A stretch of DNA of 28,330 bases, from the IMG/VR virus record IMGVR_UViG_3300028925_003959, one strand, 5' to 3'. The number at the start of each line of letters is the position of its first letter. Position 1 is the first letter of the stretch. Source of the stretch: a virus. A model generated the notes under the pieces. It made no database searches, had not been told where the DNA came from, and saw nothing but the letters and a program-made list of their open reading frames with translations. This document shows, in pieces, positions 1 to 7,196 of this stretch. The position numbers were made by a program, and so were the translations under genes.

Positions 1-99
1 TCTTAGGTGCTTTTAATTCGCTTTGTATAGCTATTAAATAGTCTGTCTTTTCTGTTTTCATTATCTTGTTCTTAAAATTAATGCTTTTCTACCTTTTTG
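1..99. repeat. Terminal direct repeat, copy 1. Identical to 28232..28330, so it is either a circular-assembly overlap or terminal redundancy. Unique genome length is 28231 bp.
   Basis: Read directly: tcttaggtgcttttaattcgc...ttttctacctttttg occurs at both ends of the window. It carries the first 61 nt of the ERF gene (ATG at 59..61 = 28290..28292). Confidence 0.95.
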
Positions 100-450
100 G
101 TTGTAAAGCTTGTTGTATATTTCTAGCTTGTCAATTACTGCTTGGTTCTGTTCATCTGTTATATTCAAGATGTCATTCCAATAAGACCCTTTAGGTTCTA
201 CCTTGTAGTTATAAACTTCATCAAGCATAAGTCCGTTACTCTTTTGGTATTCATTCCCTGCTAAGTCTATTTGTTCCTTAGTTCCGTAAATCCTAATTGA
301 CCTTTCATCACCAACTAAGTCGTTATCCATAGAATATAAGCTCTTATTAAAAACTGACTTATTAGCATATCCATCTTCTTTATAAAAGAAGTCTTGGCAA
401 ATTAAACTCAATGTATTAAATTCTAAATATTCTGCGTCTAGTGTAGTCAT
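61..450 (-). CDS. Hypothetical early protein (129 aa from MTTLDAEYLEF...)
   Basis: The ORF track gives 61..573. I prefer the internal ATG at 448..450 because it lies 1 nt after the stop (452..454) of the upstream ORF, which matches the packing seen elsewhere. Its TAA (61..63) overlaps the ERF ATG (59..61 = 28290..28292) as TAATG across the circular junction. No family recognised. Confidence 0.6.
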   Translation of the reverse strand: MTTLDAEYLEFNTLSLICQDFFYKEDGYANKSVFNKSLYSMDNDLVGDERSIRIYGTKEQIDLAGNEYQKSNGLMLDEVYNYKVEPKGSYWNDILNITDEQNQAVIDKLEIYNKLYNQKGRKALILRTR

Positions 451-451
451 C

Positions 452-718
452 TTAAAATATTTTAGAGTCAATGAAAGAAAAAGTATAACACATTGCAAAA
501 AGTAGAATGTAAAATACGATAAAAGAACCAAGAGTGAAAAGAATGTTGTTGTAAAACTTAATCTTTTTTTCATTTTCAGTTCTTGTTAAATCTATAATAT
601 TATATTTTATAGTTCCGTTTTCTTGGTAAGCATTCATTGTAAAGAATTGTATCTTTTCCTTTTCGTTCATTAAGTAAACTACTTTGCTTTTTAGATTTGT
701 AATTTTAAAGTTCTTCAT
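452..718 (-). CDS. Small early protein with a C-terminal membrane anchor (88 aa)
   Basis: ATG at 716..718. It has a C-terminal hydrophobic stretch ILFTLGSFIVFYILLFAMCYTF. It is the first ORF downstream of the candidate early promoter. No family recognised. Confidence 0.6.
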   Translation of the reverse strand: MKNFKITNLKSKVVYLMNEKEKIQFFTMNAYQENGTIKYNIIDLTRTENEKKIKFYNNILFTLGSFIVFYILLFAMCYTFSFIDSKIF

Positions 719-744
719 AACATTTGTATTGATTAATATGTTGA

Positions 745-776
745 CAAAAGTACACCTTTAAAGTTACTCACACAAT
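745..776 (-). promoter_or_regulatory. Candidate host-type (Bacteroidota sigma-A-like) early promoter
   Basis: The minus strand reads ATTG(776..773)-N20-TACTTTTG(752..745)-N26-ATG(718). TACTTTTG fits TAnnTTTG and the upstream TTG fits the -33 TTTG element at about the usual spacing. It lies just downstream of the terminator that ends the long minus-strand transcription unit. Confidence 0.45.
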
Positions 777-777
777 T

Positions 778-791
778 ATAAACAAGTTTAT
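778..791. promoter_or_regulatory. Perfect 6-2-6 palindrome ATAAAC-AA-GTTTAT abutting the -33 element (possible operator)
   Basis: Read directly: ataaac is the reverse complement of gtttat. Its position next to the candidate early promoter is the only functional hint. Confidence 0.3.
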
Positions 792-829
792 TTACAAAGT
801 TATTAACAATTAGAAGGGTATATACTAAA

Positions 830-864
830 ACACTAGATAAGAGGTTTTAAGTCCTGTCTAGTGT
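830..864 (-). terminator. Intrinsic terminator candidate closing the genome-long minus-strand transcription unit
   Basis: The 8-bp stem ACACTAGA (830..837) pairs with TCTAGTGT (857..864). There is inner AGG/CCT pairing (842..844 with 853..855). On the minus-strand RNA the hairpin is followed by UUUUAG. It sits 48 nt downstream of the stop at 912. Confidence 0.5.
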
Positions 865-911
865 ATAGGTATTAAAATGTATTTAAAGTGTCTTAAATCT
901 TAAAGGGGGTA

Positions 912-1994
912 CTAGAAATAGTGTACTAGGCGTGCTATCTGACCTGAGTCTTTAGAATGTATAAAACCTTCTACAGCAGGAGCTGAAAGGAAACCTTTTC
1001 CTGCGTGCCAACTATCAGCTGCTGAAGGGCTACGCATATATTCAACAGTACAACCTATGAAGTCTTTTCCGTCTAGCCATTTGTATTTTACTTTATGATG
1101 TACGTGGTGAAGATACCAATATCTATGACTTGTTTCTGACCATTCTTTTGGTTTCTCATTAGCCATAAGCATAGGGAGTAAATCCATCTTAGCTCCGTCA
1201 CCGTGTTCAAGTCCTATAAGATTAGTTCCATACTTATAGTATTTACGATTTGCTACAGATATATCAAAGGTAACGTCATCAGCTTTTCTAAACCAAGACT
1301 GTAATGCGTGTGCTAAATGGAATCCACTTTGAAAATCGTGATTACTCATTGAATGTACAACATCTACAGGTGCTACTTGTCTAAGTATTTCAACACACTT
1401 AACATAAAGTTTTAAAGCTATTTCATAATGCTGCCACCACTTGCCATCTGTATCTTGGTATGTACCTCTTGTAGTGCTTGACATTACATTATCAGTGTGA
1501 AGTATATCGTTTCCAATACAGAACAAGACTCTATCAATGTTAAATCCTTGTGACTTACTGATTAGTCCTTTAACTCCTTCTAAGACTCTTTCGCAAGCTA
1601 TTTCTGTGTTGTAGTCTTCACCTGTTTCAGAAGCAACAGCTAGCTTACCTATATGAATATCAGCAGGGTTTATGATAAGTAAATTATCTCCCTTTACTCT
1701 TTTGATTTTTGGATAAGTAGGTGCGTGATTATCTATTAGGTTCTTAACATCTTCTAATAAATCGTTTTGGTCAGTACCGTATTGTTCTTTGGTAACTATA
1801 GAGAATCGTAAGTCCCCTCCCATATTCTGCCAATGCTTAACGCTTACAATATCTTTCTTTTCAATACCTCTGTCCTGCAAGTGTATATCTAAAGCTGTAT
1901 TGCCGTTAATGTTTTGTAAGTCCTTCCCCCTGCTCTCATTGATTAGTTCAACTTCTTCAGGGGAAAGTCTTAGTCTTTTTCCATTCTCAGACAT
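912..1994 (-). CDS. Calcineurin-like metallophosphoesterase (Mre11/SbcD-like motif pattern) with an N-terminal extension of about 100 aa
   Basis: The ordered motifs are NPADIHIG (DxH), CIGNDILH (GDxxH-like), SMSNHD (GNHD), GLEHGDG (H) and YLHHVHH (HxH). ATG at 1992..1994. It is the last gene before the terminator. Confidence 0.7.
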   Translation of the reverse strand: MSENGKRLRLSPEEVELINESRGKDLQNINGNTALDIHLQDRGIEKKDIVSVKHWQNMGGDLRFSIVTKEQYGTDQNDLLEDVKNLIDNHAPTYPKIKRVKGDNLLIINPADIHIGKLAVASETGEDYNTEIACERVLEGVKGLISKSQGFNIDRVLFCIGNDILHTDNVMSSTTRGTYQDTDGKWWQHYEIALKLYVKCVEILRQVAPVDVVHSMSNHDFQSGFHLAHALQSWFRKADDVTFDISVANRKYYKYGTNLIGLEHGDGAKMDLLPMLMANEKPKEWSETSHRYWYLHHVHHKVKYKWLDGKDFIGCTVEYMRSPSAADSWHAGKGFLSAPAVEGFIHSKDSGQIARLVHYF

Positions 1995-2003
1995 TAAGTC
2001 TAA

Positions 2004-2198
2004 TTATGACTTATTAGAATCAGCAATACCTTGGCCGATTACTAGTGCGACAAGTGAATAAAGAATGTTTTGTGATACTTCAGGGTCTATTCCCCAATTG
2101 TCGCTTAACAGTTGTACTATAATACCTACAATTGTGTAAAGGAATTTACGACTTGATACCATCTTTTTAATCGTTTGTAAAATTAGCCATTTTTTCAT
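2004..2198 (-). CDS. Small two-TM membrane protein, holin-like candidate
   Basis: Hydrophobic segments are FLYTIVGIIVQLL and ILYSLVALVIGQGI. It lies directly downstream of the putative cell-wall hydrolase. The ATG at 2196..2198 overlaps that gene by 32 nt. An alternative ATG at 2160..2162 (MVSSRKF...) lies 4 nt after its stop. Confidence 0.5.
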   Translation of the reverse strand: MKKWLILQTIKKMVSSRKFLYTIVGIIVQLLSDNWGIDPEVSQNILYSLVALVIGQGIADSNKS

Positions 2199-2616
2199 AG
2201 TCTTTTTTTTTAATTATTAAGTTAATATTTGTGCCGCCTAAATTAAGTATTTCTTTTATAAGTAAGTCCATTGCAAGTCTAGAGTTATTAACAACATCTT
2301 GTTGGCTACCTAGTCCTACTAGAATACAACCGCTTGTATCTTTAGCTGTATTGCCTCTGTGAAATAGTATCCAATCCCTATTAGGAACGTCTTGTATTAA
2401 TAGATGTAAATAGTCCCTTGTTGCTGATTCTCTAGCTAGTCTTAGTCTTACAGGGTATTCACCTTCAGGAATGCAACTTATAGTCCTTTGATTATCTAAA
2501 TAAGGGTTTTCTAATGTGTCGCATATCCTTTCTCCATTTATAAAGAGTTCACCAACCGTAGACTCCTCAGTAAATGTATCCCTAATTAATAATAAATTAA
2601 TCTTGTCTTTCTTCAA
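2167..2616 (-). CDS. DUF5675-like protein with a His/Cys motif; putative peptidoglycan hydrolase (endolysin candidate)
   Basis: The pattern GELFINGERICDTLENP...IPEGEYPV...FHRGNTAKDTSGCILVG matches my recollection of the DUF5675 consensus. The H...(S/T)xGC arrangement recalls YkuD-type L,D-peptidases. The only usable start is TTG at 2614..2616: there is an in-frame TGA two codons upstream and no ATG before about residue 116. Two small membrane-protein ORFs flank it. Confidence 0.5.
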   Translation of the reverse strand: MKKDKINLLLIRDTFTEESTVGELFINGERICDTLENPYLDNQRTISCIPEGEYPVRLRLARESATRDYLHLLIQDVPNRDWILFHRGNTAKDTSGCILVGLGSQQDVVNNSRLAMDLLIKEILNLGGTNINLIIKKKDYEKMANFTND

Positions 2617-2758
2617 ATTTCACAAATTTATATATTGTAAAAGCAATAGCGAGTGTTAAACTGACTAAAGTTAATATTTGATTGCATTCTGTAAGGCTGA
2701 AAACTATTGCGGTACTATTTGCTAGTCCTACTTGTAGGCTGTCTTGTACTTCTTTCAT
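2597..2758 (-). CDS. Small membrane protein absent from the ORF track (53 aa), holin/spanin-like candidate
   Basis: My own translation from ATG 2756..2758: MKEVQDSLQVGLANSTAIVFSLTECNQILTLVSLTLAIAFTIYKFVKFEERQD, stop TAA at 2597..2599. There is one clear TM segment (ILTLVSLTLAIAFTIY). Its 3' end overlaps the TTG start of the hydrolase gene by 20 nt. Confidence 0.4.
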   Translation of the reverse strand: MKEVQDSLQVGLANSTAIVFSLTECNQILTLVSLTLAIAFTIYKFVKFEERQD

Positions 2759-2851
2759 TTGTCTTAGGTTTATTATCCAAGTAGGACTTTAGTTTAGTTA
2801 TATTAATTTGTTTTGGTTTGTAATGTTTCTTAGTGTGGTTCTTTACTTTCA

Positions 2852-3364
2852 TTATATGTGTAGTCCGTTAAAGTAAGCTTCTTTTGAAGGGTTTACATCT
2901 GAGCCTGAGTTCGTTGAATATTCAGGGAAAAGAGTTGAGTTGTTACAAATATAACTAATCATTTGCTCTGTAAAATATTGAGCTGTATTTAAAACTTCCT
3001 CTCTAAGATGTTGGCTTTCTTCTGTAGTTAAAGGAGTTCCGTTTTCAGAAGTCTTTGAGTATATGTTACCCCCCTCGATTCGAAATCTTAAAAATGGAAT
3101 ACAATGATATAAAGCATAGTTAGGGAGTTGAACTGATATGTAGTCATTTAATAGTGTAGCATAAGCTTCATTCCCTATTGAATTAACAGTACCTGCTGTT
3201 ATCAATGATTCAATTTTTTCATATAAATCTGTTCCAAGTTTAGTCTTTACATAAAGCCTCTGACTCTGTAAGACATAAGGAAGTAAAATAGCATTATCAA
3301 CTGATAGGGATATTGCTGTGCTTGACTTAAGCTTAGCTTCTGATATAAATAGTACGTATGACAT
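2852..3364 (-). CDS. Hypothetical virion protein (possible head-tail adaptor, by position after the portal)
   Basis: 170-aa ORF with a TAATG overlap with the portal stop at 3364. No motif recognised. The functional guess rests on position only. Confidence 0.35.
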   Translation of the reverse strand: MSYVLFISEAKLKSSTAISLSVDNAILLPYVLQSQRLYVKTKLGTDLYEKIESLITAGTVNSIGNEAYATLLNDYISVQLPNYALYHCIPFLRFRIEGGNIYSKTSENGTPLTTEESQHLREEVLNTAQYFTEQMISYICNNSTLFPEYSTNSGSDVNPSKEAYFNGLHI

Positions 3365-5283
3365 TAGCTTCTAGGTTTTAAAAATCCGTTATTTTTCATT
3401 TTCTTTGGTGGTGTTGCTACTAGCTTATCGTTCTTTTGAGCTGTAAATCCTTCTGACTTAGCCTTTGTGTAACCTATCATATCAGCATCTTCAATCTTAG
3501 TAGTCTTTGAATCTCCTATTACAGTTTTAAAGATACGTCTACTCCAGAAATGGTGGCAGTTCCCACCGCCCTTATACAAGTCTAATCTGTTGTTATTCAA
3601 TGAGTTACAACAATCTTGTTGGTCTGCTAGCCAAATAGAATAAGTATTAGCACCTCTTGCTCCCCAACCTGCATTGACTTCTATTTTACCCATACTAATA
3701 ATATCCTCCTTTCTGTAAAGCTTTTTAGCAGCCATCATCTTTCTGCAAAATTCTCTTTTCTCTCCTGACTTACTCGTTAAAAAGTTATCTTCAGAATAAA
3801 CATATCTAACTCTAAAGTAATCAAAAGACTTTTTAGATAGTCCGTCTTGTTCTGACTTACGTCCAGGAATAGCCCTACCTGTTGAAGCTAGTTCAATCTT
3901 TTCTCCTGCTAGTTCGTTTAATACTTCTTCATAGTTAAAGTCTTGGTGTTCTCCATCTACTACTTCTTCTTCTACTAATTCCCATTCGTCCGACATATCT
4001 TCACCAAATTCTTCAATGAAAGAATCTAGTTCAGTCTTTTCTTCAGATAGTTGAGTATTAAAATCTTCTTCTTCTTGCTGTTGTGTTAAATCTGGCAATC
4101 CCAAATCACTCCTAATTTCGTCAGTCGTCATAACTTCTCTAATAGTTTCAGAGTCAAACTGAATAGTAATAGGTTTCAATTGAACAAAACTAACAGGTAA
4201 GTCCATTTGATTAACTGCAAATATTTTTTGAAGTGTTCCTAATATGTTTAATTGGAACGGACGAATAACTTGATTAAGGTAAAAATTTGAAGCATTCAAA
4301 AGTTCGTCTGCTGAACTTGAAAATCCACTATCTGAATCAATACCTAAAAGAGTCTTAGATGTTACCCTGTGAGCTGTAACGATATTTTGAACGATTAGTG
4401 TCTGTAAATTTATGTATTGTTCTGAAAGGTCTGCTGCATTAAGAGAATGTATTTCAGGTGCTCTAGTCTTATCGTCTGAAAATGACATCAAAAACTTACC
4501 TGCATTAGCTGCTGAAGTTAGTTTCCCTGTAATATCCCTTTCTATTTGGTTTCTTTCTTCTTCTAAAGGTATTCCATTATTGAAGGAAAACATATAACTG
4601 CCTGAAAATCCATTATTGATATTATTCAAATGGTACTCTGAAATCTTTGCGTCAATCAAAGCCCAATTGTTTCCTGCTAAATAATCAGGTGTGTAGTAGA
4701 TATCCATATTAGGACTGTAAGAACCTGTATATATCAACTGACTACCTGAAGTTCTATCGTTAGTATTGAATGCTGCAACTGGGTAGGGTTTATTTGAACG
4801 TACGTTGCTCCAATCTGAACTTATGAAGTAAGTGTCCACTTTGCCAAATTCATTCGGTCTACCTGCTCTTACACGTTCTACAGCCACGTGATAGACTTCT
4901 GCTATTTCTGTTCTTTCTCTATTCCAAATAATATGTAAAGCATAAGCACCTTGAAGTTTAAAGTCAAAAGCTACTTTCTTAATTACTTGGTGCAATGATT
5001 CGTTGCTATTTGCGTTCTTTAAAAACTTCTTTAGCTTAACAACTGCTTCTAAATTAATATCGTCTTCATCAACTACTATGTCTTCACCTGCTACCATTTC
5101 AGCTGTTGAATTAATAATTGCAGCGTGTGTACTTGAATTGTAGTAAAGGTCAATTAAAAAATTAGGGTATTGATTTTTCCAAAGTCCGTCCTCATCAGAA
5201 TATTCTATATAGTCACGACCTCTAACCTCTTGTATTTTTGGAGCTGTTGAAGACCCTAAGTTTATTGAAAGTAAATTGTTCAT
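3364..5283 (-). CDS. Portal protein with an acidic linker and a C-terminal Cys/His-containing extension (possible MuF/SPP1 gp7-like head-morphogenesis domain)
   Basis: At 639 aa it is the largest head-module ORF. The N-terminal roughly 400 aa have portal-like character. Next comes an acidic linker (QQQEEEDF...EWELVEEEVVDGE). The C-terminal segment is CRKMMAAKKLYRKEDI...GWGARGANTYSIWL...LYKGGGNCHHFWSRRIF, which resembles the C..C...GG.NC(R/H)H endings of MuF-type minor head proteins. Confidence 0.6.
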   Translation of the reverse strand: MNNLLSINLGSSTAPKIQEVRGRDYIEYSDEDGLWKNQYPNFLIDLYYNSSTHAAIINSTAEMVAGEDIVVDEDDINLEAVVKLKKFLKNANSNESLHQVIKKVAFDFKLQGAYALHIIWNRERTEIAEVYHVAVERVRAGRPNEFGKVDTYFISSDWSNVRSNKPYPVAAFNTNDRTSGSQLIYTGSYSPNMDIYYTPDYLAGNNWALIDAKISEYHLNNINNGFSGSYMFSFNNGIPLEEERNQIERDITGKLTSAANAGKFLMSFSDDKTRAPEIHSLNAADLSEQYINLQTLIVQNIVTAHRVTSKTLLGIDSDSGFSSSADELLNASNFYLNQVIRPFQLNILGTLQKIFAVNQMDLPVSFVQLKPITIQFDSETIREVMTTDEIRSDLGLPDLTQQQEEEDFNTQLSEEKTELDSFIEEFGEDMSDEWELVEEEVVDGEHQDFNYEEVLNELAGEKIELASTGRAIPGRKSEQDGLSKKSFDYFRVRYVYSEDNFLTSKSGEKREFCRKMMAAKKLYRKEDIISMGKIEVNAGWGARGANTYSIWLADQQDCCNSLNNNRLDLYKGGGNCHHFWSRRIFKTVIGDSKTTKIEDADMIGYTKAKSEGFTAQKNDKLVATPPKKMKNNGFLKPRS

Positions 5284-5287
5284 ATTT

Positions 5288-6439
5288 TTAATAGTTGTTA
5301 ATATATGCTACCATATGTTGTCTTTCTGACATTGTTAATCCCTCTGTAAAGTAGCTGATATCTCTAATGTAACCATCTAAGTTTGCAGCATCACCATTCC
5401 AAGAGCCTATAGTGTCAATAGTTAAAGTATCTGTATCTGTTCCTGTTCCCCATTCTATTATATTATTATCACCTGCGTCTACATAAACAGAAACAACTCC
5501 GCTTATTCTTTGTAGAATAACTGTGTACCAAGTGTTATTTACTAAAGTTTGTGTAGCACTTGTAAAGGTTATTTCATCAATTCCTCCTGCTCTAAATGTA
5601 AAAGTATTAGCATCTGTTGCCTCAAACATATTTGTATTGCCTGAACCGTACATACCATCTTGAGATGGAGTATTTTTAAATTGAACACTCATACATAAAC
5701 TAAAGTCAGCTGTTATAACTAAGCTACTCGCAAGCTCATAGTATTTATCCCCATCAATATCTACTGATTGTTTAGCTATATTCCAAATAGGTCTATTCCA
5801 ATTTTCATCATTATATAATAAGTTGCTACTAACTTGAGATTCCCATTTAATTTTATCGGTATCTATAAATAAAGAAGTATCTGTTACTCCATCTTGATTT
5901 TCTAATTTCTGAAGATGTTGATACCATAAAGCCATTGATGGAAGTGAAGTAGGGTCAAATTCATTACCAAAATATATATAGTTAGTTGCTTCAGGAGAAT
6001 TGTATTCTGAATACTGCACCTGCTCTGTTCCTGCTTTCTCTGTTAAGTTTAAGATTCCTTTTGTAACTATTCCTTTTACTACACCGTTTGTATCGGCTAC
6101 AGACAATACATCTGTTTCATTTGCAGGAGCTGTTCCTAAAGCCACTACTACAGTTCCTATCCAACTAACTTCATAGACTTCATACTTCCAATGACCTGCA
6201 GGTAATAGTTTAACTTGACCTTCATATAAGCCAGGATTAGGACTGTTATAAGAGAATTCCATTTTAGTATAACGATTGTATATTGTTGCGCTAGGATAAG
6301 AATAATCTACACTTCCGTCTAGGTCATTAATGAACTTAACTAAGAATCTAATCTGAGTAGAAGCTACAGTCTTATCTATTCTATTGTCTTCAGTTGATAT
6401 GAAAGCTGAGATAGCTGTTTCGGTATATCCTTGTATCAT
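5288..6439 (-). CDS. Structural protein with a C-terminal LamG/concanavalin-A-like lectin domain
   Basis: The C-terminal roughly 170 aa follow the LamG pattern: FSLCMSVQFK...NTWYTVILQRISGVVSVYVDAG...IGSWNGDAANLDGYIRDISYFTEGLTMSERQHM. ATG at 6437..6439, 2 nt after the conserved 12-mer. Confidence 0.55.
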   Translation of the reverse strand: MIQGYTETAISAFISTEDNRIDKTVASTQIRFLVKFINDLDGSVDYSYPSATIYNRYTKMEFSYNSPNPGLYEGQVKLLPAGHWKYEVYEVSWIGTVVVALGTAPANETDVLSVADTNGVVKGIVTKGILNLTEKAGTEQVQYSEYNSPEATNYIYFGNEFDPTSLPSMALWYQHLQKLENQDGVTDTSLFIDTDKIKWESQVSSNLLYNDENWNRPIWNIAKQSVDIDGDKYYELASSLVITADFSLCMSVQFKNTPSQDGMYGSGNTNMFEATDANTFTFRAGGIDEITFTSATQTLVNNTWYTVILQRISGVVSVYVDAGDNNIIEWGTGTDTDTLTIDTIGSWNGDAANLDGYIRDISYFTEGLTMSERQHMVAYINNY

Positions 6440-6441
6440 AC

Positions 6442-6453
6442 TATATAATAGAA
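6442..6453 (-). promoter_or_regulatory. Conserved late motif copy 5: TTCTATTATATA (minus strand), 2 nt upstream of ATG 6439
   Basis: Exact 12-mer shared with 8802..8813, 10895..10906, 19914..19925 and 21611..21622. It lies just downstream of the terminator at 6505..6538. Confidence 0.55.
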
Positions 6454-6504
6454 AAGTGTTGTTTTTATTTGGTTCTTAACTGTTTTAAAGCGTTCTAAAG
6501 AGTA

Positions 6505-6538
6505 TATAAAAGAAAAGGGTAACAATTAAGCTACCCTT
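6505..6538 (-). terminator. Rho-independent terminator after the tail tube gene
   Basis: The 7-bp stem AAGGGTA (6515..6521) pairs with TACCCTT (6532..6538) around a 10-nt loop. On the minus-strand RNA the hairpin is followed by UUCUUUUAUAUA. Confidence 0.6.
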
Positions 6539-6565
6539 CTCTAAAATATAATAAAAATGAAAGAA

Positions 6566-7129
6566 TTAAGATTCTACTATTGTACCCATTGTGAATGCTG
6601 CATTGTCAAAAGGTTCTGAATCATAATCTGCAACCATTGGAAAAGGCATTGCTTCCATTCCGTCAAAAGTCAAAGTGTAACCACCTCTATCACCCCAAGC
6701 TGCACCTGAATCCATAGTTCCTGCGTTAAGCTCCATTCCGTTTACTGTTCCTAAAGCTACGATTGTATCGTGTCCGTTAGCAAGAGTTGCGTTTAATTGA
6801 GCAAAGCAAATTACTTTAGTTTGAGCTAAAAGTTTAACTTGGTTTTGGTCTTCTTTTGTTAATTTATTAAGTACAAGGTTTAAAGTTGGAGTATAAAATA
6901 TAGTTCCGTTTTCTTTACTTCCTGTAATTGTTTCAGACAAAGAAGCTGTACCTAAAGGCATAGCATATCTATAAAGAACGTCAGTTCCCATTTCAATATC
7001 TGTTACTTCTCCTGCTGTTTGTGGTATAGATGTTACTTGGTCGTAAACTGCGAAATATACGTATTTGATTCCACCGCTTACACGATTGCAATCTAACCCT
7101 CTACCTTTTGTAAGTGCTGTACAAGCCAT
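6566..7129 (-). CDS. Putative major tail (tube) protein
   Basis: 187 aa, beta-rich. The N-terminal GLDCNRVSGGIKYVYFA and C-terminal GGYTLTFDGME segments resemble siphovirus major tail proteins as I recall them. It lies immediately after the capsid gene. Not verified by search. Confidence 0.45.
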   Translation of the reverse strand: MACTALTKGRGLDCNRVSGGIKYVYFAVYDQVTSIPQTAGEVTDIEMGTDVLYRYAMPLGTASLSETITGSKENGTIFYTPTLNLVLNKLTKEDQNQVKLLAQTKVICFAQLNATLANGHDTIVALGTVNGMELNAGTMDSGAAWGDRGGYTLTFDGMEAMPFPMVADYDSEPFDNAAFTMGTIVES

Positions 7130-7153
7130 TGTGTTTGTTTTTTTTTAGGTTAA

Positions 7154-7183
7154 GGGAGTGAAGGGTTTTACCCCCTCACTTCC
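7154..7183 (-). other. GC-rich stem-loop directly after the major capsid gene (RNA stability, attenuation or processing element)
   Basis: GGGAGTGAAGGG (7154..7165) pairs with CCCCTCACTTCC (7172..7183): 12 positions with one wobble and one mismatch, and a 6-nt loop. No U tract follows on the minus strand; the sequence there is CUUAACCUAAAAAAAAA. Confidence 0.5.
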
Positions 7184-7196
7184 GTTTATTTATTAA

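Noticed and set aside
451-573. N-terminal 41-aa extension of the 61..573 ORF (MKKRLSFTTTFFSLLVLLSYF...)
   Set aside because: It would overlap the 88-aa ORF by 122 nt, far more than any other overlap here. The internal ATG at 450 gives the usual tight junction. The hydrophobic look may come simply from the T-rich alternative frame of the neighbour's TM segment. This is not excluded and needs comparative data.
741-746. TTGACA on the plus strand that looks like an E. coli-type -35 box
   Set aside because: No acceptable -10 follows at 16-18 bp and no plus-strand gene lies downstream. The other signals suggest a host that does not use TTGACA/TATAAT promoters.
2715-2852. 45-aa Lys-rich ORF (MKVKNHTKKHYKPKQINITKLK...) starting with a TAATG overlap at the end of the 170-aa gene
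   Set aside because: Its composition is what an A-rich untranslated leader gives when translated. It overlaps by 44 nt, in another frame, the 53-aa ORF that has a clear TM segment. It is kept only as a possible relay ORF.
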